Source of the DNA: Epithemia pelagica
Taxonomy: Eukaryota; Protista; Bacillariophyta
Length of the DNA stretch: 64,000 bases
Assembly (NCBI GenBank): GCA_946965045.2
Contig: OX337242.1
Coordinates: 496,001-560,000 of the forward strand
Direction: 5' to 3'
Shown here: positions 21,961-32,186 of the stretch, piece by piece
Layout: each line of letters opens with the position of its first letter
How positions within the stretch are numbered: position 1 is the first letter of the stretch
Translations under genes and position numbers: made by a program
Notes under the pieces: model-generated
Database searches by the model: none
The model's input: the letters and a program-made list of their open reading frames with translations, nothing else
Told to the model about the DNA's origin: nothing

Positions 21961-24900
21961 TTTTTTCGTGGAGAAGTACGACGTTGGACAGGTTCTCCTC
22001 CAGCTTCGCTTGACGATGCAATGGGAGGGTCCTTCCTCTTCCGAGATGACTTGGAACCAGTCTTGGAACCACGGATGGTGGATGCCATGGTGGATGCCGT
22101 TGCCGTCGAACCAACCATTGAAGCATCTGCGCTTGTTGAATCCGTATTCACCACCAGATGCTCTTTCAACATTTCAACCAACAGGTCATCGTCATCCATG
22201 GCTTCGTCCGTACCTGTGACAGCTTCTTTGCTTCCTCCAGTCAAATCGATAAACTCGATGGTATCTGCGAAATCCATGTCTTCCTCTGTCGGTTCTTTTT
22301 TATTATCACTTGACTCTTTGAGAAACCCATATTCAGGCATGTCTTCCGGTCCTGTTTGCACGGTCTTGTTCATGTAGTCCCTCAATACTCCAACTGTGGA
22401 CAGCATCGTGTCAACTTGTAGTCCGTCAGTTCCGTCGCAAGGCACTTGAACCGACGATCCATTTCGCGATTCACTAGTGGTGCGAGTTGTCACAGACGCC
22501 ATTGCTGTCCCATTGGTTGCTGTCCCATTGGTTGCTGTCCCATTGCTATCGGCCTGCTGGGATTGTCGGGGTCCTTGTGCACCAACACTCTCTGGGGGAA
22601 CTGTCTCACGTCCTCGAGATACATCCGTGTTGTTGGACCGAGCAGGAAGTTTCTTATCGCCATCCTCAACATGAAGCACAGGTTGCTTTTTCCGTAACTC
22701 CTCCTCAGCGAGAAGAATTTTTTTGACGACAGGCCGAGTCACATACCCCAAAGTCCGCATTTGAAAGTTGCTTGCCGACTCTCTGTTCATTAGGGGGTTA
22801 TTGTCGAACCAAGACGAGGATGAAAACACCCTCTCCTGAAAAGCATTGGTAGCTGGCTTGCCGAGCCAAACAAGAGAGGTTACAAACACATGGGGAAACG
22901 TATTCTTGTTGGCTTCCCACCATCCCAATACGTCAAAATATTTCCCAACCGACATGAAGTCGTCCTTTGCACATCGTTGTGCGAACCAGGCCTTTGTTGC
23001 ACCATTCCAATCCGTGAACTGTTCCAGATACAAGTTGGTCGGGTGCCTGTTAATGAGATCTGCCCATCGCCCACGAACCTTCTTCTCGCAATGCTTCTTG
23101 TATTCCTGATATTCCTCTATGAGTTCCTTCTCTAATTTCTTTTTACGTTCAGCCTCTCTTGTTTGTGGATTTAGTTCATCTTCATTGTTGTTGTTCACTG
23201 AACTATCGTCATCCGAGTCTCCCAAAGCGAGTTCATCAAAGATGTCGAACTCATCAGCAACAGCACCAACAGTCGTTACTTCAGGTCCATGTTCCGCAGT
23301 TTCCGCAGTGGTTCCGTCCGTCGCGTTGTTCTGGTTGTTCTGGTTGTCGTGGTTGTCTGCAGGAGTTTGGTCATCACTACCTGCACTTTCTTGATTGGGG
23401 ACTGGTAATGGATAGTAGAATTTATCCATCATATCGGCGACGAAGTGGCCTTGGATTCTAGCAAAGTCCACGTCCGAGAAAATTCCCATCTTCTTGAATA
23501 GCTTTGGACACCATCCACAGAGGAATGGGTTGCCAATCATGGCCTTCTCGGCGTCCTCATCCTTCTCCTCCATCATATAGAACCTATATTCACGCAAAAT
23601 GCGTTGAATAAGGTTCTGTGTGGGCTCCTCAAGTAGCGCATGGCTGACCTGATGCCGTTTCTTCTGGAGAGCAGCCATTGTGGAACTTGCATCCCAAGGT
23701 GTAGATTTTGTATCGAGGATTTGGATGCCCTTCTTTGTCATTTGTTCAACACAGTGTTTGGATAGGAATATTTCGAGCAAAGAAGCGGATGCAGCGGAAG
23801 GGTCGTCCGTTTGGAGAGTCATTCCGCATTTCTGGACCGGGTTGAGAACTGCTTCATATTCGATTAGTTGGTCCCACTGTTCAAGAGTCAGATATTTCGC
23901 CTTGAATTCCGGGTCGTTAACAAGGGAGGATGAAGCGTAATCATCCATTACAAACTTGTTCCGGATGAGGCCGTGTATCATAATGATACATGAGCCGATT
24001 CGAGTGGCATTGGGAATGGGGATTTCAATAATCACGCGTCCATTCTTCATTGCCCACTGACGAAGTTTTTCGAATCGACTACGTTTCTTGCTTGACATAA
24101 GCCAGGACGCAAATATATACACGACTTTGTAGAGTTCGGTGAACTCTTTGTTCTCGTCGATTACTGTTTTTCCTCGACGGCGAACAGCCTGCCCTGTGGC
24201 ATGCTTCATTATAAGTTCGGCACGGTGCATGTCACACTTGCCTCCCTTGTTCGAACCAACAATGTATTTGCTCGCCAATATAGCTGAGTTAGTGTTATCG
24301 TTGATTGCTGCTGCAACATCATCCTTAGTGAAACCAATGGTCAGAAGCAAAGACTCGGTATGTGTTGCAATTTGGACGGCTGTGTGTCCTTTGGTTTCGA
24401 CAAGACCAATAGAGATGCGGTAGGAGTTGCAATTCCGAGGATCGACAAAGAACAGAGTTACGCCCAGCACGTCCTTTTTTGATCCTTGCCATATGTCATG
24501 GGCGATACTCGCGAAAGGGATGGGGTGACCACAGAGTCTTCGGTAGTGGTCACGGATCTTGTTTCCAAGTTGTGACACGACGACAAGAACGTTGTTGTAG
24601 GAGTCAATGCGCAATCTGGTCATTGCACGATTGCTTATCGCACAATCATGTGAGTTCAACATCGTAGAATGTGTCACCGCAAACTCTAACAGTGACCGGA
24701 AAGACTCTTTCTCTACCGTCCGTGAGGGAAAGCCACAATCATTGACAAACTCATAGATTTTCTGGTGGAAAAGGTTCCGAGTGTCAGCTTTGGTAATAGT
24801 ATTGGGCATGAAAGTCAGAAGTTTTTTCTGATTGTTGTTTTCCAATATGGCATCTTCACGAGATTTCTCCCTAACTTCAAGGGGGTGAAAACGAAGGCGG

Positions 24901-25562
24901 TGTTGTTGTATGTTAGACGATACTTTTTGATGTCCATGCATGATTACTGCATCAAAGAGACTTCGCTCTTTGTTTGCAAAGCATTTCGGACAGATGGTCA
25001 AGCGTTTAGCAATGTTGTGAAAATTCTTGTCTTTTGGGTCCTTTTCACCTTCTTTTAGAACCTTGAAACAACGTTCTAAGCCGGGTGAATTACTGACATC
25101 TGGATTGTGTTCGTCCTTGTACTTTTTGAGTTTCGCCCAGTCGATGTGACTCACTAGTCCCCATAGAGAGCCCTTGAGGTTCTTGAAGATTGTTTTTGGA
25201 GCAGGTTTGAACTTGATTGGTCGTTTTTCTTCCTTGTATCGTTCGAGGACCTCTGCACTTAGGGACGTTCCTTGCTGTTGACTGTTCGTGGCTTCTTGGT
25301 TCAAAGTTCCATTGGTGGCATCTTGATTGTTGGTAGCATCCTGGTTGTTGGTGGCATCCTGGTTGTCGGTGGCTTCCTGGTTGTTGGTGGCATCCTGATT
25401 CGTCGACTCGTTGGTGGAGGTATTGGTGACGGAGGGAGGGTTTTCTGTTGGAGGGTTGGCCATGGGATCGGAAGAAGGGTTTGTCGTCCAGTTGGACTCG
25501 GATATTGGGGAGATTGATGATATGCTGCCAGAGGATGAGGTTTGTGTAACTACTGGTATCAT
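21927..25562 (-). CDS. hAT transposase (1211 aa)
   Basis: BED-like finger (CPKC...HRLRFH), hAT segment FVNDCGFPSRTVEKESFRSLL, catalytic HDIW and NDNTNS, the CxxH motif CDMH, and C-terminal AFQERVFS. Uninterrupted ORF inside the TIRs. Confidence 0.92.
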   Translation of the reverse strand: MIPVVTQTSSSGSISSISPISESNWTTNPSSDPMANPPTENPPSVTNTSTNESTNQDATNNQEATDNQDATNNQDATNNQDATNGTLNQEATNSQQQGTSLSAEVLERYKEEKRPIKFKPAPKTIFKNLKGSLWGLVSHIDWAKLKKYKDEHNPDVSNSPGLERCFKVLKEGEKDPKDKNFHNIAKRLTICPKCFANKERSLFDAVIMHGHQKVSSNIQQHRLRFHPLEVREKSREDAILENNNQKKLLTFMPNTITKADTRNLFHQKIYEFVNDCGFPSRTVEKESFRSLLEFAVTHSTMLNSHDCAISNRAMTRLRIDSYNNVLVVVSQLGNKIRDHYRRLCGHPIPFASIAHDIWQGSKKDVLGVTLFFVDPRNCNSYRISIGLVETKGHTAVQIATHTESLLLTIGFTKDDVAAAINDNTNSAILASKYIVGSNKGGKCDMHRAELIMKHATGQAVRRRGKTVIDENKEFTELYKVVYIFASWLMSSKKRSRFEKLRQWAMKNGRVIIEIPIPNATRIGSCIIMIHGLIRNKFVMDDYASSSLVNDPEFKAKYLTLEQWDQLIEYEAVLNPVQKCGMTLQTDDPSAASASLLEIFLSKHCVEQMTKKGIQILDTKSTPWDASSTMAALQKKRHQVSHALLEEPTQNLIQRILREYRFYMMEEKDEDAEKAMIGNPFLCGWCPKLFKKMGIFSDVDFARIQGHFVADMMDKFYYPLPVPNQESAGSDDQTPADNHDNQNNQNNATDGTTAETAEHGPEVTTVGAVADEFDIFDELALGDSDDDSSVNNNNEDELNPQTREAERKKKLEKELIEEYQEYKKHCEKKVRGRWADLINRHPTNLYLEQFTDWNGATKAWFAQRCAKDDFMSVGKYFDVLGWWEANKNTFPHVFVTSLVWLGKPATNAFQERVFSSSSWFDNNPLMNRESASNFQMRTLGYVTRPVVKKILLAEEELRKKQPVLHVEDGDKKLPARSNNTDVSRGRETVPPESVGAQGPRQSQQADSNGTATNGTATNGTAMASVTTRTTSESRNGSSVQVPCDGTDGLQVDTMLSTVGVLRDYMNKTVQTGPEDMPEYGFLKESSDNKKEPTEEDMDFADTIEFIDLTGGSKEAVTGTDEAMDDDDLLVEMLKEHLVVNTDSTSADASMVGSTATASTMASTIRGSKTGSKSSRKRKDPPIASSSEAGGEPVQRRTSPRKKKDKETQSQPE

Positions 25563-26970
25563 GCTCCAAAGATGAATGAGGCAGATATGAGACCGAGTGG
25601 ATTGCAGGTACTGTGCTGTAATGCACCTCTTGCTGTGTGTCGTATGTGCTCGTGCTGGTGGTAGGTGGTTGATTCTGACTTATTTCATACAGAAATTCCG
25701 ACTTCGCCTGATGGCCCATCGACTATAAGTCATCCATTTCATGTTTCATGACTTAACTATGTAAAGTAAAAGTCGTATAGTTGGTAGTCCTAACTAGACT
25801 TGGGGATAGAAAGTCAGGAATTATTCGTTGGGAATCGACTTCGACTTTTTGTTGTAAGTCGTGACTTTTTTGGGGTGACGTGGCTTTGTAAGAAGTTCGT
25901 GGATCTTAGGCGGAACTTGACTTGATGACAACTTCAACAGAAAAAAGTTGTTATTTGCATCTGGTGAAATGAATGGCTGTGAGAAAGTCAGAAAAAATGG
26001 AGTGGTAATTCGACTTGATTTTTTGGAAAAAAGTTAAAAGTTGGCTTTTTTAAGTCAAAAGTCAAAAATGATGAAGTCAGACTTCAACACCCTGATGGAT
26101 ACTCCAATGGAGTCGACTTGGACTCCAGAGATACTAGGGGTAGCTATGATGGCAACCAAACTGGAGTCGACATGGGATATACTTGATGCAATCAAGTAAG
26201 AACCTAATAGATGCGTGGTCCCTATTGTACTCAATCCTAGCTACTGAGAGATAGCACAACTATGTTTGGCTAGGTGTTAGTGACATAGTTGCTACTCTCA
26301 CTAGAGGACGTGGGGAGATGTTTCGTGGGTTGGTTCGTTGGGCGTGATTCTGACGTGGAACAGCGTGGTGAAATGGTTATTATTTAATGGATTGATAAAA
26401 CAATGGATGACCGTTCTTCGATCATTGTTTTTCTTCGGGGCTGAATGGTTTTGAATAGGGGTTGGCCCGGCGTTTTTTGCCTAACATGGGAAGGTTTTGG
26501 TGTAAAGTACTGAATTTCGACTCTTGAGCTAAAAAAGTTTTTTCTAGTCTTTGATGTTTTTCCCCCTTAGCCTGCCGGCTTACCCGACACGTTCATTCTG
26601 AACTCAGTCGAACAATTCCACTATCTACTTCGGAATCCACCACCGTTCCGTCAATCCTATGGCCGACGAGCTCTAGCAACGAGAAGAAGGACACTTTCGC
26701 CATGCCCTATTGAATGATCCTCTAGTTTGAATCGATAGTCATTAAATGGCAATCAGAAGCGAACGAGTTCTAGCAAAGGCGAAGGACGCTTTCATGCACT
26801 GATACAAAAGGCAGTCCTCATGCAGTCAAGACTTGAGGACGTCGATAAGACGTGGGAATTGTTTCACAGGCTACGTATTCGCAGATGTGCAGTACAGAGA
26901 AAAGATATTTAATTCAGCTGGTAGGATTATCAGTTTGCTCTAGAAAGTTTATTGTATGTCCCGTCAATAT

Positions 26971-27520
26971 TTAGTTTCTGCATCCAGGGCATCCAGGGGC
27001 AGCCTTGGGGTTGGCGGCGATGTCGTCCAAGACCTGTAGACACACAAGAGATGTCAGGGTGAGTCATGTTAACTTGCGCAATCATGCCGATCCACACAGA
27101 TCTATTCGCATAGTTCTTACCTTTCGCTCTTCTTGCATGGCGGCGAAGTTGACATCCGGGCGGATGGGGTCCTTGTATCGGCCTTCACCGGGGTAGAAGC
27201 CCGAAGCATCTGGGGAGTTTCCTTCGTAGGTCTCGAAGGGATTGAAGTTCATGGGAGAACGAGGAGCGTTGGGGTCCCAGGTGCCGTAGACATCCAACTT
27301 TGCGGGAAGGCCCCATTCTTGTTCGTCATACTTTCCGACGTCGCTGAACACAACCACCTTGGAGCGGGCAAAGGCCGGTTGTTGGGGAACAAAGGCAGAG
27401 GCCGAAGCGGCAAGGGCAAGGACACAGACAGACTTGAACTGAAACACGAGGAGACAAAGGGTGAGGGAAATGATCTCATCGAGGACGCGATCACAAAAGA
27501 TACGAACAGAAGCATACCAT
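26971..27520 (-). CDS. Small plastid-targeted protein (127 aa, 3 exons: 27518-27520, 27121-27438, 26971-27033)
   Basis: ATG|GTATG...TTTCAG and AAG|GTAAG...CTACAG introns give MFKSVCVLALAASASAFVP...PGCPGCRN*, with a canonical ASAFxP motif. Confidence 0.88.
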
Positions 27521-28478
27521 TTTGATGATTCTCAGAGTCAAGAATTATGAGCAAACAGGAAATCCGGCAAACTCGTCAATTTTTGAAGTACGCACTCAAT
27601 TTGTGAAGAGACTCTTGGGCTTGGTTGGAATCAAGTGCGAATGCAGAATCCAAATCGGAAGCTGCCGAAACCCAAAAAAAGCGCACATCACCCCAACGTA
27701 CGTGCGAGTCCCAGTCACGAGGTACTATTCTGGCTACAGTAGACGAGCGACTCCCCCGTCACAAATCGTCTGACATGGCCCAATGAATCCTTGTTGCGTG
27801 TCAAGAGAAAGCAAAGAAAATGGTCGACTGACATGACCGAGTTAGGGGGAAGGTCGAACTTGCCATCGTCACCCTCGCATGGAAGATGCGTGTCACCTTT
27901 GGGCGACATCGATATGCCACATATCCTCTGTCTGGAGGCGAAAGATGCCGTGTGAATGGATTGACGGAACGTTCGAAGTTGGATGATTACGATCGCGTGA
28001 AATCTCATGGAAAAGATCATGGAGACGTACTTTGTTTCAACCTTTGTCTCATTCTTTCCTTTGTGACACGATGCGATCCTCCAAGTCGACGCAGTTTCGA
28101 GACTTGTGAGTTCGAATTGACAGAGCATTGATTGACTCATAATATGTTGCACCATTGCAATCCATGACACAACGCGAAGTCAATCACAAATGAATGCTGC
28201 TGTCGAACGGCTTGTTCTTCCTATTCCTGCTCTTACCAGCTTCAGATCGGACAGAATGGACAGATGAGCCGTAAACAAGCTCTACAAGCCACGAACGGAT
28301 GTCAATGAATCACTCATCCTATCTCTAAATTATGTTTCTCAAGTCTCGTTCCAGGTCACGTTATTGAGGTCAATTGGATGGGGCAGACCTGGGATTTCCT
28401 CATGGTTGGATCATTATCCGTCGTCGTCGTCGACGGTGGTCCGTGTCGAAAGATTCAAGATACGAAGAGATGAGGGTG

Positions 28479-29132
28479 TCGCCGCGCGCGCAAGATGTCA
28501 TCAACACAAGGGAAGATTCTGCGCCCCCAAGCCCCGCGACCGACCGTGACCGAGACGAGGTGCGCCAAAGAAACAAGCGTCGGTCGACGCTACCCTAGCG
28601 GGTGCGCGCGGCAGCGTTAAAATCGATTGTACCTTTTTTTCAATTGGTTGACCATGACAAGAATTCATGAGAGAAGAAATGGTTGCTTTTATCTGGACCA
28701 GCATCACGGCAATCACACATGAAGCACTTTCTCTAGCAGGCACTGGAGTGGTGAGTCTCCATTCGGCTTTCTTTGGGGCATTTGACTTTTGTTCCTATGA
28801 AAGATTCAATTTCCACAGTCTATTCGACCAGGATCTGTATTATCGTACAAGGAACAACAGGAGCATAACTTTCCGAAATGATTAATAACTCTCTCGTCTG
28901 CCAATCTCCCTTCTCACTATATTTCTTGAACTTTGTAGAAGTTGGGAAATGTCCACGTCCTTGCAATCCCCGTCAATGAAGCGGCACATGCGACCTTGAC
29001 GACCACTATGGGGAATGCCAGGGGTGTGTAATTTTGGATCGGAGTTCGATGGGGTCTGGGATATTCAGTCAGCTTGTTGCTAGCTGGAGCCTCTATCATT
29101 CTGCTTCGTCGGACTGGCTTCATCAGTGTCAA
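28479..29132 (+). repeat. Diverged direct repeat A1: truncated, disrupted copy of the promoter and 5' part of the NiCoT/UreH-like gene
   Basis: Collinear similarity with 31594-32186 (MREEMVAFIWTSITA exon, intron, FWIGVRWGLGYS exon); it contains a stop before FWIG. Confidence 0.9.
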
Positions 29133-29486
29133 CTGTAGCTCGGCAGCAGCCAGATAGAATTGAGCGTCGTGGCCAGCCAGGGCTTCTCGGCGGCAAGACG
29201 CACGACCTGCGATTTACCATTACAAAAGCATCAAACCCGTCCTCATCAACCGAGGCGCCTGTTGTGATTGTGCATACACGTCGACGAATGTATCCGCCTG
29301 TCCGGTAACACGGGACTCGATCCGGGACAGGAATCTCAATTCGACATTCGAAATTTTTGTGGGAAACGCCTATTCCAAAAAATCCATCCACCAATGTGAG
29401 AACGTTCTTGCTGTGGTGTAGTGCCGAACGGAGTATGAGCCTGGAACCCAAGAAAGCCAAGCTTAACCCTGGTGATCAAATAGACG

Positions 29487-31358
29487 ATGGATCTAGCAGA
29501 TGATGCTGCAGCCGCAGCTGCTCAAGGAGTGACTTCGATCTCCTTGATTTCTCCAGAAGCTAGACAGACTTCAAACAGAGATGCGTTGTTACGTTTGCGG
29601 CCGATTGTGCTCGGTTTACAAGACAACAGTTACGACGACTTATGTCGCAGCCTTATTGGTATGAGAGACTTTCTTCAGGTGACCTCACTTTCGCGAGACA
29701 AAGGGGAAATCTCGAATGTGCTGGCAAATGTCTATATCGAGCTGAGGAAGCTTGAAGCGGCACGTGTTCTAACGGAGGGAGACGTTCCTGTTGACGAAAA
29801 GTATCGAAATGCAGCCATTTAGATTCGGAATGCGATTCTTTTCTCCAACCTACAAGAGATTCCTGGTGGTAATGGAGTCAAGGTTTATCCAGGGTTTGTT
29901 CCAAACCTTCAGGACGTGGGGACAATGATAAAGGTAATCGTTCGCCCCGAAGATGATTGTTTTTGGGATCGCTGCATCAGTCTTAGTTTACAAGGTCGTC
30001 CTGTCTGTGGAGTGGGTAATCCCGGTATTGGGAAAACAACAACGTCGATTTACCTGTTGCAAAAATTGGTTCGCGATATGCATCGACCGGTTGTCTACAC
30101 CATCCGCAAGAAAGCGGGATCGCAAGACGTGTTTTACGAGATTACTCCTGTTGTCAAAAATGATCGGCTCTCCGACGTAATTGTCAAAGTTTTCGAAATA
30201 TTGCCAGCGGAGAAAAGCCGAAGAATCCCTGCTATGAAAAACGACAAAGCAGTTTTCTGTGTTGATCCTGGACTCTACGAATTCTCCTGTGACGATAGGG
30301 ATGAATTGTTTGAAGCTAACTTCATCATGATATCGTCAAACGACGAAAAACATTGGGGTGGGACAAACTTCACGAAATTTCGCGGAGCATCTAGTCAGTT
30401 GAGGTTACCGGGCGATCCAGCATCTTCTCTGCCAGGAATTCTGGTTTTTGCCTCCTTGTGGACAGGTCGCCAAGTGATTGCTGCGAAGCCATACTTGGAC
30501 GACATACGGGAGCTTGACGACAATGAAGTACAGTATCGTGTCCGTGTTGTGGGAGGATCTTTGCGTGATGTTTTATTCTTCGACGAGGCAACTTTCACGA
30601 ACAAAGTGCAAATTTCAATTACCGGCCTCGAAACGAATACCGTCCATCAGCTTGTGGAAGCAAAATACATGTTTTCCTTCAAGCCACAAGCTCCTTCGAA
30701 TGTACTTGTTGGTATCGGTCATACAAACAAGGAGTTGACTCTGTACAAAGCAACGCTTACGTCGGACTATGTGGAAGAGTGCCTTGCCACGGCGCATCTG
30801 AAAATGGCGTGGTACGCAGTTTTAGACGAAGACAACTCAAGTAACCGGGGCAATCTTTTCAAAGCATACCTCCGAATAAAGCTTTCGCAAGAAGCTGTGC
30901 GTTTCGACAAAGCGCGTGAAAGCTTGAGAGAAAAGTCTCGACAAGGCAAAAAGAGCGAAAAGAAGAACTATCAGTCATTGACCAACGTAACGGTAGGGTC
31001 CAAGCGTACCGTACGTCCAGTCGCTAACTTGGCCGAAGCTGTCAGCGCCGACAACACCGAGCAAAGCTTGTACTACACAAAAGATGAGTTCGAGCCGTTG
31101 ATAGACATGATATTCCGAGTTGATGACGGGTATAATTCTGTTCAGGCAACAGTGAATTCTTCGCACGATGCCGAGGTGGAGAAAATCAGGACCTTGAAAT
31201 CAAGACTGAGCTTGAAAGACCACGAAGTCCTGCGGATTTATTATGCAATGCCGTCGATAAGGTACGTAAAGTTCGTGACAGACCCAGTTAACCCGCTTTT
31301 GGACCAAGCCGATCTGAGGAACGTGCACATATACCACATTGGTGTCGATGGTGACTAG
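29487..31358 (+). pseudogene. Crinkler/RHS-like P-loop NTPase plus restriction-endonuclease-fold protein, with an in-frame TAG at 29820-29822
   Basis: Walker A GNPGIGKT, RVRVVGGSLRDV, and C-terminal EPLIDMIF...SVQAT..SH resembling PD-(D/E)xK-type CR-REase motifs. ORFs 29487-29822 and 29916-31358 share one frame. Confidence 0.65.
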
Positions 31359-31593
31359 CCACTGGCGTAGTTTAGCGTTCGGCTGTTTGAGCTGCACTTT
31401 GTTCAGAGCAAGTTCGTACTGATATCGACGAGTTCTGTATGAGGATTTTTCTATGCGCAGAGTGCTTCCGTGTCGCTTCGATTGCGCATGGGCTCTGCCT
31501 GGATTGTGCATGAGGAAAAAGACATGGGCGACCGTGGAGAGATCCATCACCATCATGGTCTGCAAAAGGATGGCGCAAAACGCAACCTGTGGC

Positions 31594-32186
31594 TCGCCGC
31601 GCGCGGAAGATGTCATCAACAAAAATATAGGCGGGGGGGGGGGGGGGTGATTCTGCGCCCCCAAGCCCCGCGACCGACCGTGACCGAGACGGGTGCGCCA
31701 AAAATTGGTAGACTCGACCATCGGCCATGGCAAAAAAAATTCATGAGAGAAGAAATGGTTGCTTTCATCTGGACCAGCATCACGGCATTCACACATGAAG
31801 CACTTTCTCTAGCAGGCACTGGAGCGGTGAGTCTCTATTCCGCTTTCTTCGGGGCATGTGACCTTCGTTCCTATGAAAGATTCAATTTCCAGTTTATTCG
31901 ACCAGGACCTGTATTATCGCACCAGGAATACAACTTTGCGAAGTGATTAATAATTCTCGTCTGCTTCTCACTATATTTCTTGAACTTCGTAGAAGTTGGG
32001 AATTGTTCACGTCCTTACAATCCCTGCACATGTAGCAGCAAATGCGACCTTGACGACCACTATGGGAAATGTCAGGGGTGTGTCTTTTTGGATCGGAGTT
32101 CGATGGGGTCTGGGATATTCAGTCAGCTTGTTGCTAGCTGGAGCCACTGTCATTTTGCTTCGTCGCACTGGTGTCATCAGTGCCAA
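31594..32186 (+). repeat. Diverged direct repeat A2 (5' part of the intact NiCoT/UreH-like gene)
   Basis: Partner of 28479-29132. Confidence 0.9.

Larger units (their letters stand above)
19206..26094 (-). mobile_element. Complete hAT DNA transposon (6,889 bp) with a cargo gene
   Basis: Perfect 14-bp TIR CAGGGTGTTGAAGT at both ends. 8-bp TSD ATGGATAC at 19198-19205 and 26095-26102. AAGTC/GACTT-rich subtermini. Confidence 0.95.

Noticed and set aside
15498-29822. Stop-codon reassignment suggested by in-frame TAA (15498) and TAG (29820)
   Set aside because: Many well-conserved genes in the window end normally at TAA or TAG; isolated nonsense mutations or errors are simpler.
31633-31647. Poly-G runs (15 G here, 13 G at 63440-63452) as functional G-quadruplexes
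   Set aside because: Homopolymer lengths are unreliable and the run is absent from the paralogous repeat; there is no supporting context.
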